Source: Macrostomum lignano
Lineage: Eukaryota
Reading direction: 5' to 3'
DNA length: 64,000 nucleotides
Assembly: GCA_002269645.1 (NCBI GenBank)
Contig: NIVC01000759.1
Coordinates: 124,001-188,000, forward strand
The translations under genes and the position numbers were made by a program. The notes beneath the pieces were generated by a model that was not told the origin of the DNA, made no database searches, and was given only the letters and a program-made list of their open reading frames with translations. This document shows positions 13,697-24,421 of this stretch, in pieces. The number at the start of each line of letters is the position of its first letter. Position 1 is the first letter of the stretch.

Positions 13697-15887
13697 TCTG
13701 ACCCAGCTTTGATACAGGTCTGACCCAGTTTTGATACAGGTCTGACCCAGTTTTGATACAGGTCTGACCCAGCTTTGATACAGGTGTGACCCAGTCTTGA
13801 GACAGGTCTGACCCAGCTTTGATACAGGTCTGACCCAGTTTTGATACAGGTCTGACCCAGTTTTGATACAGGTCTGACCCAGCTTTGATACAGGTCTGAC
13901 CCAGTTTTGATACAGGTCTGACTCAGTTTTGATACAGGTCTGACCCAGCTTTGATACAGGTGTGACCCAGCTTTGATACAGGTCTGACCCAGTCTTGAGA
14001 CAGGTCTGACCCAGCTTTGATACAGGTGTGACCCAGCTTTGATACAGGTCTGACCCAGTCTTGAGACAGGTCTGACCCAGCTTTGATACAGGTCTGACCC
14101 AGCTTTGATACAGGTCTGACCCAGTCTTGAGACAGGTCTGACCCAGCTTTGATACAGGTCTGACCCAGTTTTGATACAGGTCTGACCCAGTTTTGATACA
14201 GGTCTGACCCAGTTTTGATACAGGTCTGACCCAGCTTTGATACAGGTGTGACCCAGCTTTGATACAGGTCTGACCCAGTCTTGAGACAGGTCTGACCCAG
14301 CTTTGATACAGGTGTGACCCAGCTTTGATACAGGTCTGACCCACTCTTGAGACAGGTCTGACCCAGCTTTGATACAGGTCTGACCCAGTTTTGATACAGG
14401 TCTGACCCAGCTTTGATACAGGTCTGACCCAGCTTTGATACAGGTGTGACCCAGTCTTGAGACAGGTCTGACCCAGCTTTGATACAGGTCTGACCCAGCT
14501 TTGATACAGGTGTGACCCAGTCTTGAGACAGGTCTGACCCAGCTTTGATACAGGTCTGACTCAGTTTTGATACAGGTCTGACCCAGTTTTGATACAGGTC
14601 TGACCCAGTTTTGATACAGGTCTGACCCAGTTTTGATACAGGTCTGACCCAGCTTTTATACAGGTGTGACCCAGCTTTGATACAGGTCTGACCCAGTTTT
14701 GATACAGGTCTGACCCAGTTTTGATACAGGTCTGACCCAGCTTTGATACAGGTCTGACCCAGCTTTGATACAGGTGTGACCCAGTCTTGAGACAGGTCTG
14801 ACCCAGCTTTGATACAGGTCTGACCCAGCTTTGATACAGGTGTGACCCAGTCTTGAGACAGGTCTGACCCAGCTTTGATACAGGTCTGACCCAGTTTTGA
14901 TACAGGTCTGACCCAGTTTTGATACAGGTCTGACCCAGCTTTGATACAGGTCTGACCCAGTTTTGATACAGGTCTGACCCAGCTTTGATACAGGTCTGAC
15001 CCAGTTTTGATACAGGTCTGACCCAGCTTTTATACAGGTCTGACCCAGTTTTGATACAGGTCTGACCCAGCTTTTATACAGGTCTGACCCAGTTTTGATA
15101 CAGGTCTGACCCAGTTTTGATACAGTTCTGACCCAGTTTTGATACAGTTCTGACCCAGCTTTGATACAGGTCTGACCCAGCTTTAATACAGGTCTGACCC
15201 AGCTTTGATACAGGTCTGACCCAGCTTTGATACAGGTCTGACCCAGTTTTGATACAGGTGTGACCCAGTCTTGAGACAGGTCTGACCTAGCTTTGATACA
15301 GGTCTGACCCAGCTTTGATACAGGTGTGACCCAGTCTTGAGACAGGTCTGACCCAGCTTTGATACAGGTCTGACCCAGTTTTGATACAGGTCTGACCCAG
15401 TTTTGATACAGGTCTGACCCAGCTTTGATACAGGTGTGACCCAGTCTTGAGACAGGTCTGACCCAGCTTTGATACAGGTCTGACCCAGTTTTGATACAGG
15501 TCTGACCCAGTTTTGATACAGGTCTGACCCAGCTTTGATACAGGTCTGACCCAGTTTTGATACAGGTCTGACCCAGTTTTGATACAGGTCTGACCCAGCT
15601 TTGATACAGGTCTGACCCAGCTTTGATACAGGTCTGACTCAGTTTTGATACAGGTCTGACCCAGCTTTGATACAGGTGTGACCCAGCTTTGATACAGGTC
15701 TGACCCAGTCTTGAGACAGGTCTGACCCAGCTTTGATACAGGTGTGACCCAGCTTTGATACAGGTCTGACTCAGCTTTGATACAGGTCTGACCCAGTTTT
15801 GATACAGGTCTGACCCAGCTTTAATACAGGTCTGACCCAGCTTTGATACAGGTCTGGCCCAGTCTTGAGACAGGTGTGACCCAGTCA
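13697..15887. repeat. Minisatellite, 22 bp unit GACCCAGCTTTGATACAGGTCT, ~100 copies
   Basis: Read directly; minus-strand ORFs repeat every 22 aa. Confidence 0.97.
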
Positions 15888-15900
15888 CAGGGGTGACTCG

Positions 15901-16190
15901 GCACAGGTGTTCTTACCCTGTGTGGACACAGGTGTTATTAACCGGTGTGGACACAGGTGTTATTAACCGGTGTGGACACAGGTGTTACTACCCGGCGTGT
16001 ACACAGGTGTTATTAACCGGTGTGGACACAGGTGTTACTAACCGGTGTGGACACAGGTGTTATTAACCGGTGTTGGACACAGGTGTTATTAACCGGTGTG
16101 GACACAGGTGTTATTAACCGGTGTGGACACAGGTGTTATTAACCGGTGTGGACACAGGTGTTATTAACCGGTGTTGGACACAGGTGTTCA
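15901..16190. repeat. Minisatellite, 25 bp unit GGACACAGGTGTTATTAACCGGTGT
   Basis: Read directly; it abuts the 22 bp array. Confidence 0.92.
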
Positions 16191-16370
16191 TACCCTATGT
16201 GGGTACAGGTGCTCTGTGAACCCGGTGTACCCGGTAGCGCTGTGACCATGCAGTACCCAGAAACGCTGCAAGCCTGCTCAGATTCTCTTCAAAAAAAGAG
16301 CGGACTTGCAAAGAATTTCTCTCGCAAGAAGCAGCAAATCCCCCACCCCAGAAACAGCTGCCGCTCAGCC

Positions 16371-18205
16371 TCACTTCTCCGACTGGCTCCGCTTCGCGCC
16401 GCCGCCCTCAGCCGTTCCGGCGGTCGCCGATTTCTGCACGAACGCATCGAAGTGCCTCGACGGCAGGCTGGGCAGCAGCAGGTGGCCCGGCGGCGCTTCC
16501 TGACCGGCAGGCGGCGGCTGCTGCGGCCGCGGTTGCCCTGGCAACAAGCCGTCGGTACCAGCCGATGTGGGGTTGCTGGAGTCTGGAGTGGATGGGTTTA
16601 AGGATTTTTATCGGTTGTTTTCACATACTGGACTCAATGGTGTCGATTCTGCACCTCTTGACCCCCTATTAGTTCTGCGCCTCTTGACCTCCAATTAGCC
16701 GATTCTGCACCTCTTGACCTCCAATTAGCCGATTCTACACCTCTTGACCTCCAATTAGCCGATTGTGCACCTCTTGACCTCCAATTAGCCGATTGTGCAC
16801 CTCTTGACACCTCAGCATACTTCGTGCCTCACCCCTCCTCCGCTCCTTGGACTCTTGCATCCGCCGCAGGAAGGTGCGTGAGCTGTCCGCGATCTCCTTG
16901 CCGTCCAGCTGGCCGAGACTGTCCGACAGAACCACTACACGGTCGCGGTACTTCTTGGCTTGGCACACAGGGCTGCCGCTGAGCTCCAGGCGCTTCAGGT
17001 ACCGCCAGCTGCGAAGGCAAACCGTCAGGTCGACGAAGTCGGACACCTGCGGCCGGGTGGGGGCTTGCGATTCAGCCAGGTTGACGACTCGCCATCTCCT
17101 GCTTCCATTGCCACTCTGATGTTTGCATCATCACTATATTGTCATTGTCAATACTCTCAATGCACTCTACTGTCACAATAGTCACTCGATCATCTTTATT
17201 CCCACTCTGATGTTTGCATCATCACTATATTGTCATTGTCAATACTCTCAATGCACTCTACTGTCACAATAGTCACTCGATCATCTTTATTGCCACTCTA
17301 ATGCCTCAGTTGTCACTCTCCCGTTCAATTGCCACTCTTTATGCTGCCTCTATTGAATCCTGTCACTGCTATTGTAACTCTGCGTGTGTCATTCAGCTGT
17401 CACCATTGTCACACTGCCTTCTATAGTCACTTCATATTTACTGTTACCAATGGACTGTCCTTCAAATGTATCCAGCAGCCCTCAACAGACCTGACGAACC
17501 GCCGCGAGCTTACCTGGTTGTCGGAGCACAGGAACTGCACCAGCTGGCTGAGACACTCGAACTGGACGAGGTCGTCAATGGAGTTGCCGGACACGCAGAG
17601 GACCTGCAGGCAGCTGCCCAGAGAAAGGAGGCTGCGCGGATCGAACAGGAGCTTCTCGCCCGGCGGCAGCCGCTGGTTCTCAACGTGCAACTCTTGAAGG
17701 CTCTGCAGCCTCTCGAGGCCTTCCACCACGGTGAGCTGGTTGCCTCCGAGGTACAGCTTGGTGAGCCGAGGCAGGAGGTGCAGGTGGTCCAGTTTCCTGA
17801 TCCGGTTGTTCTGCAAGTACAGGTGAGTCAGAGCTGCGTTGCCATGCAGCTGAGGCACCGTCAGGAGCTCGTTGTCATAGAGGTACAAAACCAGCAGGCT
17901 GCGGCACTGTGAGATGTCGTCTCCCTGAGGGTCGCATTTTTCATGAGTTATAGTTCTCCGGAGGAACAGCATGGTTTTTTAGAGATGGCAAATAAAAAGG
18001 CTATAGAATATAGATTATAAATAAAGAATACTTTGAGAAGAGCGACATAGTAATACATATGCATGCTTACCACGTCGTCAATGCTTTTATTCTCCAGGTA
18101 GAGATGAGTGACCCGCCTAGCAAATTGTTCAAGCGTTTCGTCGTGTCTTTTTTTATGAAAGCCGGTGCTGGCTCTGGCCATCAGCTCCAAGGTAACCAGA
18201 ACCAT
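16371..18205 (-). CDS. PPP1R42: Leucine-rich repeat protein PPP1R42/LRRC67 (TLRR); exons 18205-18071, 17924-17514, 17046-16833, 16582-16371
   Basis: MVLVTLELMAR...VTHLYLENKSID; LTHLYLQNNRI; LYLGGNQLTVVEGLE; ELHVENQRLPPGEKLLFDPRSL; PVCQAKKYRDRVVVLS..LDGKEI match the recalled PPP1R42 sequence. GT-AG introns have phases 0, 0, 1. Confidence 0.88.
16651..16808. repeat. 30 bp tandem repeat (CTCTTGACCTCCAATTAGCCGATTCTGCAC) in PPP1R42 intron 3
   Basis: Four full copies read at 16681-16800 plus degenerate flanks. Confidence 0.9.
17111..17300. repeat. 91 bp tandem duplication in PPP1R42 intron 2
   Basis: Copies start at 17111 and 17202. Confidence 0.88.
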
Positions 18206-20584
18206 TTTTATCCTTTTGTTTTTTATTTATTCGGGTGGTAGTTATAGAATTCTTTTTTTTTGCTTTCTGAAGGAATTAGAAAGTCAAAAATATTTCGCTG
18301 ATTCATTATTGTTGATAATAAAAAGAGATAGAAAATTCGAGAAAAATCATTACATAAGTGTTAGGTTTTTGAGTTTCAATTTACAAAATAAATTATATTC
18401 TATAGACATAGTCATTTTCATCATGAGTAACTTTTTATTCACTGTAGACATGGCTGGACCTGGATGTCTTTCACTTTATTTTACAAGTATTTTACAAATG
18501 GCTTGTAGTGCACACGAAATTGTCTAACTGATATAAATTTGTAATGCATAAAAATTCGTTAAAAAATAAACTCCTATCAAATGCAAAACTGCTCCTCGAA
18601 ATTTCGTAAAAGTTATGTTCTAAAATTGCTGTTTAGTTTTTACTAGATACCTACCGACAGACCACTTTTAGTATAGTCTAGAGCGTTATGGACAAACATA
18701 CAAACAAACAAAAAAATATTAGAGATTTAGTATATTTAGAAGATGTAATGGTCAAACTGAAGAGCGAATATATTGAATCGAAAAAGAGAAAAAGCAAAAG
18801 TTAAATTTTGTTACTGCAAGTGCCTGGCACGATTTATACGAGCAAATAGTATATGAAAAATAAAATAGAATGTAGAAGCAAAATCTCATACACTGTAGTA
18901 TAGAAATTAAAATGTATAAAATTTCAAGTCAAAATTACAATGTGCCTCAAAATGTTTATTATTAGAAAATAAAATAAAATAATTATAACTGTCAGAATAT
19001 TTTTTTAAATTAATAGTTTTTGCTTTATCGAAAAAGAGTAATTTAAACAATAGAAAACTGGAACAGTTCGTTATAATAAAAACTTGATAATAGATTTTGT
19101 AAGAAATCCGTCATTTGTAACGATTGCTATATCATTCAGCCAAGCTGCGAATAATAAGTCCGAACATGTCTGAAATATGCGAGGAATATACTGTAAAGTT
19201 CGATTCCTCAGAATTTTATTTCAATTCCAAAATTCATTTGCTACTTAAATATGGACATTTTTCAATTAACCCGGCCTTGGAGACAGGGGGAAAATAAAAA
19301 CTAAAAAAAGAAAGTAGAGCCGTTAGATTTAGTCGCATAATTAGCATGTTCGATGCATATAAATAATGGAAATGGACACTATTGAAACTTACTTACTTTT
19401 ATTTTTCGTGCACCAACTGCCAACACTGTTTTCATTTTGCATAGTATTGAGTTGGGCTTTTCAATAGACAAAATTGGTGAAAAAATCTGCATTAGGGGCC
19501 TAGAATAATCCATCTATTCAAAATGACTAAAAAGATAGTAAAAATATAAATGTTGGCTTAATGTTGCTTGCTTGTGGGTCTCTAGTAGCATTTACCATTA
19601 ATATAGCTTGATAAACTTGTGAATATAGCATTTAAGAATCTGGATACCCTGGATTGGAGTGATATATTTGACATTTAGTGATATTTATTTAGTTCTAAAA
19701 AATAAAGTCAAATACTTATCTTATCAATAAATTTTAAGGGAGAACCAACAAAATACTCTATAGATAAAGTCTATTAATCTATTATACAATAAAAAAACAA
19801 AGCATTATTAGGTTTTAATATTTTCTATCAACTTTTATAGACTAGGCCTACTATTAAAATGTTCTTAATAATAATATTTTAAAGATAAAAGTTTCACTAT
19901 TATCTTGTTGATATTTTTTGTTTATTTGTTTAAATTCTAGCTTATTTTTAAACATAACTTGTATTTTTTAATTGTATAGATATTGATAATGATAGCTAAT
20001 AATGATACAATAAAAATAGTATTGCTACTAGTGAAGGTCTTTCGTTTCTACTAAAGATATTGTCATAGGCAAAACTATAAGCTGAATCTGAAATTCAGAT
20101 TTAGATTCTACCTTCTAAATCACCAAATTTGCATAGAACCTATACTTGTCACACAGATAGAGGTAATTGTTTTCTATAGGCATATTGTACCATAGGTAGT
20201 ACCTATTTTACTATACTATTATCTTAGCTACTATCATCATTAAACACTAATAAAAAAGCAAGACTTGCTATGCATTATATGTGTTATATTGTTAGGACAA
20301 CTATTTCTGGGGCATCATTGCTATCACAAGGGTTGCCCTCACAAGGTCCCCTAGAGGGTCATCTAATGATGCCACATTAATGCAGTTTCTTTCAAACTAA
20401 AATTGGCACATTAAATTAGTTGCATTAGTCAATTTTACCACCAACTTGTATTGCTACAAGTTGGTTACTAAACTAGCCATTGTGATTGGCTTTAGGTGCT
20501 TACCCTATTGGAGTCACTGGGGCGAATTTTGTCACCAATCCAATTAATGGATTTATTCACCAAAGGCATTGTGACACTTTCCAG

Positions 20585-21664
20585 TCCACAGACCCAGCAG
20601 TGAGCACATCACAGTGGCAGCAGCTCTCCGGCCTGCACCGCCAGCTGCTTGCCGATTTGGCCGCTGGCGCTGATGCCGAAGCCGCAGCTGCGGCAGTCGC
20701 GGCGGCCTCCACAGGCGACGCCGACGTCGAAGCTGCAGCCGAGGCGGTGGCCACAGCGGCAGCGCAGGCGGACGCATCCCGCTCGCAGGTCTGGCTGGCG
20801 CTGACACGCCGGGTGGAGGCCGCTGCTGCGCCTCAGGGACTAAACTGGGCCGCCACCAGCTGTTGCGCCAGCCTGGTTGCCGTGCTGTCGAAGAGCTCCG
20901 GCGCCGCCGAAGAATCGCCGCCGCGCCCGCAGGACGACGCCGACGCCGATGATGACGCCGCCGCGGACGCTGAGGCTGGTATGGCGGCCTCGCTGGACTT
21001 CCACTCCATGGTGACATCCATGCTGCCCGATGATGCCGGTGACGCCCTGGACTCCGACCGGGTGAGCACCGAGGCTCTGGTGCAGCAGCTCAAGAGCCTC
21101 CTTGAATGCGGCGACGGCGGCAGCGGCTCCGACAGCGACGCCGCGGCCGAGGAAGTCGACGAGGTGGACGGGGCGGCCGCGGCGGACTATCAGCTGCCAG
21201 GCGGGGTCGGCGGGGTGCTGCTGTCGCCCAGCCAGCAGGAGTTGCTGCAGTTCCGGGCGGAGAACGGCGAGGACCTCAGCCAGCTGTCGGCTGGCGCGCT
21301 GAATGAGTACCTCAACGAGCTGGAGTGCCTCATTTCTGAGCTCAACGACACCCTAGTTACGGAGCTCGCGCGGCGGGACGAACTGGCGCTGGACCGTGAG
21401 GTCAAAGAGCAGTTCATCAATCTGCTCACCGCCGTGCAGGCTAAGAAGCGCGAGTCCCGCCAGCAGCTCCATCAGCAGCATCAGCAGCCGCAGCACATGG
21501 CCTTCACCACCCTGCCACTGCGGAAGCGGGGCCTGAGCGACACGGAGCACCTGCAGACCCTCAATGGCATCCTCCGAGCCATGCTGCTCAATGCGCCCGA
21601 GGTGTCCAGCCTCCTCACCGACTACATCCTGCGGGTGTACGCGCCCATCCTGCCCGAGGCCTGA
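20585..21664 (+). CDS. FEZ: FEZ/UNC-76 family kinesin adaptor; one long coding exon, N-terminal start unresolved
   Basis: LVTELARRDELALDREVKEQFINLLTAVQAK and LQTLNGILRAM....EVSSLLTDYILRV match the FEZ1/FEZ2 coiled coil and C-terminus; SQVWLALT resembles the EEVWDALT motif. First in-frame ATG is only at 20981. Confidence 0.85.
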   Translation, partial: STDPAVSTSQWQQLSGLHRQLLADLAAGADAEAAAAAVAAASTGDADVEAAAEAVATAAAQADASRSQVWLALTRRVEAAAAPQGLNWAATSCCASLVAVLSKSSGAAEESPPRPQDDADADDDAAADAEAGMAASLDFHSMVTSMLPDDAGDALDSDRVSTEALVQQLKSLLECGDGGSGSDSDAAAEEVDEVDGAAAADYQLPGGVGGVLLSPSQQELLQFRAENGEDLSQLSAGALNEYLNELECLISELNDTLVTELARRDELALDREVKEQFINLLTAVQAKKRESRQQLHQQHQQPQHMAFTTLPLRKRGLSDTEHLQTLNGILRAMLLNAPEVSSLLTDYILRVYAPILPEA

Positions 21665-22036
21665 TATTCCAACCCCGTCTCCCTCCTTCATCTCTTCATC
21701 ATTCAGGCTTCATCCTGTTCCCATTTGCTTCTAGAGCTTGCTGCTTTGACTCGGCACCGTATTTGGCAAAGCAGTGGGTTTCGAGTTCAATATTATTGAC
21801 ACCCAGCTGTTATTTGCCTGTCTTGCTCTGACTATTTACATTGCAATGCTTGTAAAGCAGGTACTATTTAACTCTTTTGTGTTTCCTCCAATATTAGTGC
21901 TGGCCTGGTCATTGGGGGCACCAGTCTACTTCCAGATCTGTCAGCCAGCTTGAAGCTTAAAGCCGACTGAAACAGTGTTGAAAAATGAAGTCCGAAACAA
22001 TAAGTGAGACATTCGTGGCACCTTTATTCATTCCTA

Positions 22037-23103
22037 CAATACAATACAATAAATACAATGGCCACCGGCCACAAGTGGTCAGGAAAGGGGGGGACATTGT
22101 CAAAAAGCACGCTTAGCTGCGCAGTCTCTGATGAAGGTAGCGCCATTGATCTGATCAGGCGCCCTGGCGTCTTCTGTCAGACAGTCGACGAACCTCCGGG
22201 TCCGCGCCTGCCCCCGCCGGAACGGGCCCTGCTGCGTGTACAGCAAGACCTCCTGCAGCGGCTCCGGGCAGTAGGACTCGGCGCGAATGACGTGGCCCGC
22301 CAGCTTCAGGCGGCGCTGTCGCAGGGTCACGCTGGGAGGGATCAGCTTGGCCCGCTGGTAGAGAGCCTGGTTGGTGACGTGTTCGGCGTGACGGTGCACG
22401 CTGAAGGCAGCGCGCAGCAGGCTGGAGTGCGCCGCGTCCAGCTGGCGCTCCAGCACATCCGTCATGGTCCAGGTCTCGGCGTTGTAGAAGAGCACCGTTT
22501 CCACCACCGCCTGGAACAGTCTGGTTCTCAGCTGGTCTGGCAGGGCGTCGCTTTGGAGCACGATGCGCACTGAGCGGAAAGCCGCCCACGCAAGCCCTCT
22601 GCGACGCCGCAGGTCCTCCTGGACGCTGGGCACGAGACCACCAAGGTACCGGAACTGCTCACATCGGGGGAGCGGTGCTGCCGTTGCGCTGTCCATGCTG
22701 GGAAGGCGGATGACCGCTGGCAGATCGGCTGGCACAGTCAGGACCTCCGTCTTCTTGGCGTTGATCTTAAGGCCAACCTTCGCAGCGGCAGCAGCTAGGC
22801 CGTCGAGGAGGCGTTGAGCACCAGCAGCAGTGGATGCCAGCAGGGCGAGGTCATCAGCATATCCGAGGACTGCCAGCCGCTTCTCCGGGTGCCGGCTGCT
22901 CGTTCGCCTGCATAGGATGTAGCCGTCCGAGTTGTCCGGTAGTCCTGTCCGCAGCACCCAGTCCAAGATGAGGATGAACAGGAAGGGAGCGAGGGTGTCT
23001 CCTTGCAGGACTCCGGATGAGGTGGTGAAGAAGTCGGAAAGGCCGTCAGGTGTGATCACAGCAGCGTGCGTGTCGTGGTAGAGCGCCATCACTGCTGCAA
23101 TCA
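22037..23103 (-). mobile_element. 5'-truncated RTE-clade-like non-LTR retrotransposon (RT C-terminal half, open frame)
   Basis: GVLQGDTLAPFLF, YADDL and RRLKLAGHVIR motifs; (TATTG)n 3' tail; 11-bp TSD ATTCATTCCTA at 22026-22036 and 23104-23114. Confidence 0.9.
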
Positions 23104-23295
23104 ATTCATTCCTAAAACCAAGCTGAAACAAAAGACCAAGCGTTACTGACAGCTCTCTAGCCTACTAATTTCACCACCTGCCACATCTGCTTCAAGGATT
23201 TCTCCTCATTACTTCGACCCATTTGATTTATGACTTTGCAGTGAATCTCATTCTTATTTGATTCTGCGTGCAGGATTGCTGATCTGGCACGCCCA

Positions 23296-24421
23296 AGCGT
23301 GCAGAATTGATGTTGTCTATGGCAAATTATCCTTTAGGTCTAATGCATCTTACGTGCAGGATTGCACTTTATTTTTAGACAACAAGGAAATAACGAGTGA
23401 AAATTGGTTAATATCATTACTAGTTTTTCGCTTGCGATCAGATGCTACTCAAATACAAATTCAATGACGTTGGTGTCACCATTGGCTCGAATCTTCAAAT
23501 TCTTCCGATTTTCCGGAATAAATCGCACACAGCGCACCGAGCCCGACGTAGGATCGTTGATAACGTCAACTGGGTCACTTGCCTCAGTGCCTACAACTTG
23601 AGGGTCGGCCGTAGTAGCCACCTCCACGGCAGCCGTTAGTTGATGGCTCATAGCACAGATCGCTTGCTCTCGTTTATTCCCTCGTCGAATGTAGCTCCTC
23701 AGGCTTCCTCAATCCAGCATAAAAGTACCTCACGAATTTAGCTATATCATCCACAGAGGCAACTTTGAGATACAGTTGTACACCATTGTCAGTCAGAAAC
23801 TTCTCGAAACGACCGACGGAAGCCAATTCCTTTGCAATGGTTGATTGACACTGATTCTCACGTTCAACTTGCTGAGCAAGGCTCTCCAGTTCATCCAGAC
23901 TTGCATTCGACATCGGGTCAGTCGCTAGCAGCTTCTCTAAATCGGTGTCAGCAATTGCATCCAACATGGGCAGCAGCCATTCGTTCTCTCTTTCCCACTT
24001 GCTAGAAATGGCTGCAATTGCCACCTCTTCGGATGACAAACCGTCGACGGTTGCGTATCGCATGTCCATAAGCGGAGGAAGAATCGACGGGTTGATTAGA
24101 GAAACCATTGCTTTGTTTTTATAGTGGCAACTAGCTTTAATTGTAATCTCCTTTCGTTACCCCCTCCCCTCACCATCTCCAGCGTGCAAGATTGATTTTG
24201 TCTATGGTTAAAATGTGGGGGCTTCGCCCCCACGCCCCCAGCGGGGGCTCTGCCCCCGCACCCCCGCTAGCAGCGGGTAATGTCTATAGTAATATCAATT
24301 ATAACCTTTTTTGGGCAGAATGTAAAATGAAAGAATCACATAAGAATGAGATTCATGCACGCCAACTCGTGCGTCTATGGCAAAGAGCACTCGTGCGCTT
24401 CGCGCACTCGTGCTTTTGCCA
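23296..24421 (-). mobile_element. Putative Crypton (tyrosine-recombinase) transposon relic; N-terminal ORF fragment 24108-23674 plus adjacent hairpins
   Basis: SLDELESLAQQVER...STIAKELASVGRFEKFL...DDIAKFVRYFYAGLRK resembles the N-terminus of Crypton/DUF3504 (KCTD1/ZMYM-type) proteins; no catalytic YR region is seen. Imperfect 27-bp direct repeats at 23296-23322 and 24181-24207. Confidence 0.45.

Noticed and set aside
12524-15888. Long ORFs (AK/SQ-rich, LA/FG-rich, 22-aa periodic)
   Set aside because: Products of the hexamer and 22-bp arrays; only the unique 13130-13361 segment is kept as a candidate exon.
1-16190. CRISPR-like arrays
   Set aside because: Units are head-to-tail with no unique spacers, no cas genes are present, and the context is a spliced eukaryotic locus.
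18540-18740. Possible non-autonomous Helitron-like element (ACAA microsatellite near an AT-rich end)
   Set aside because: Only a vague resemblance; no definable termini or hairpin.
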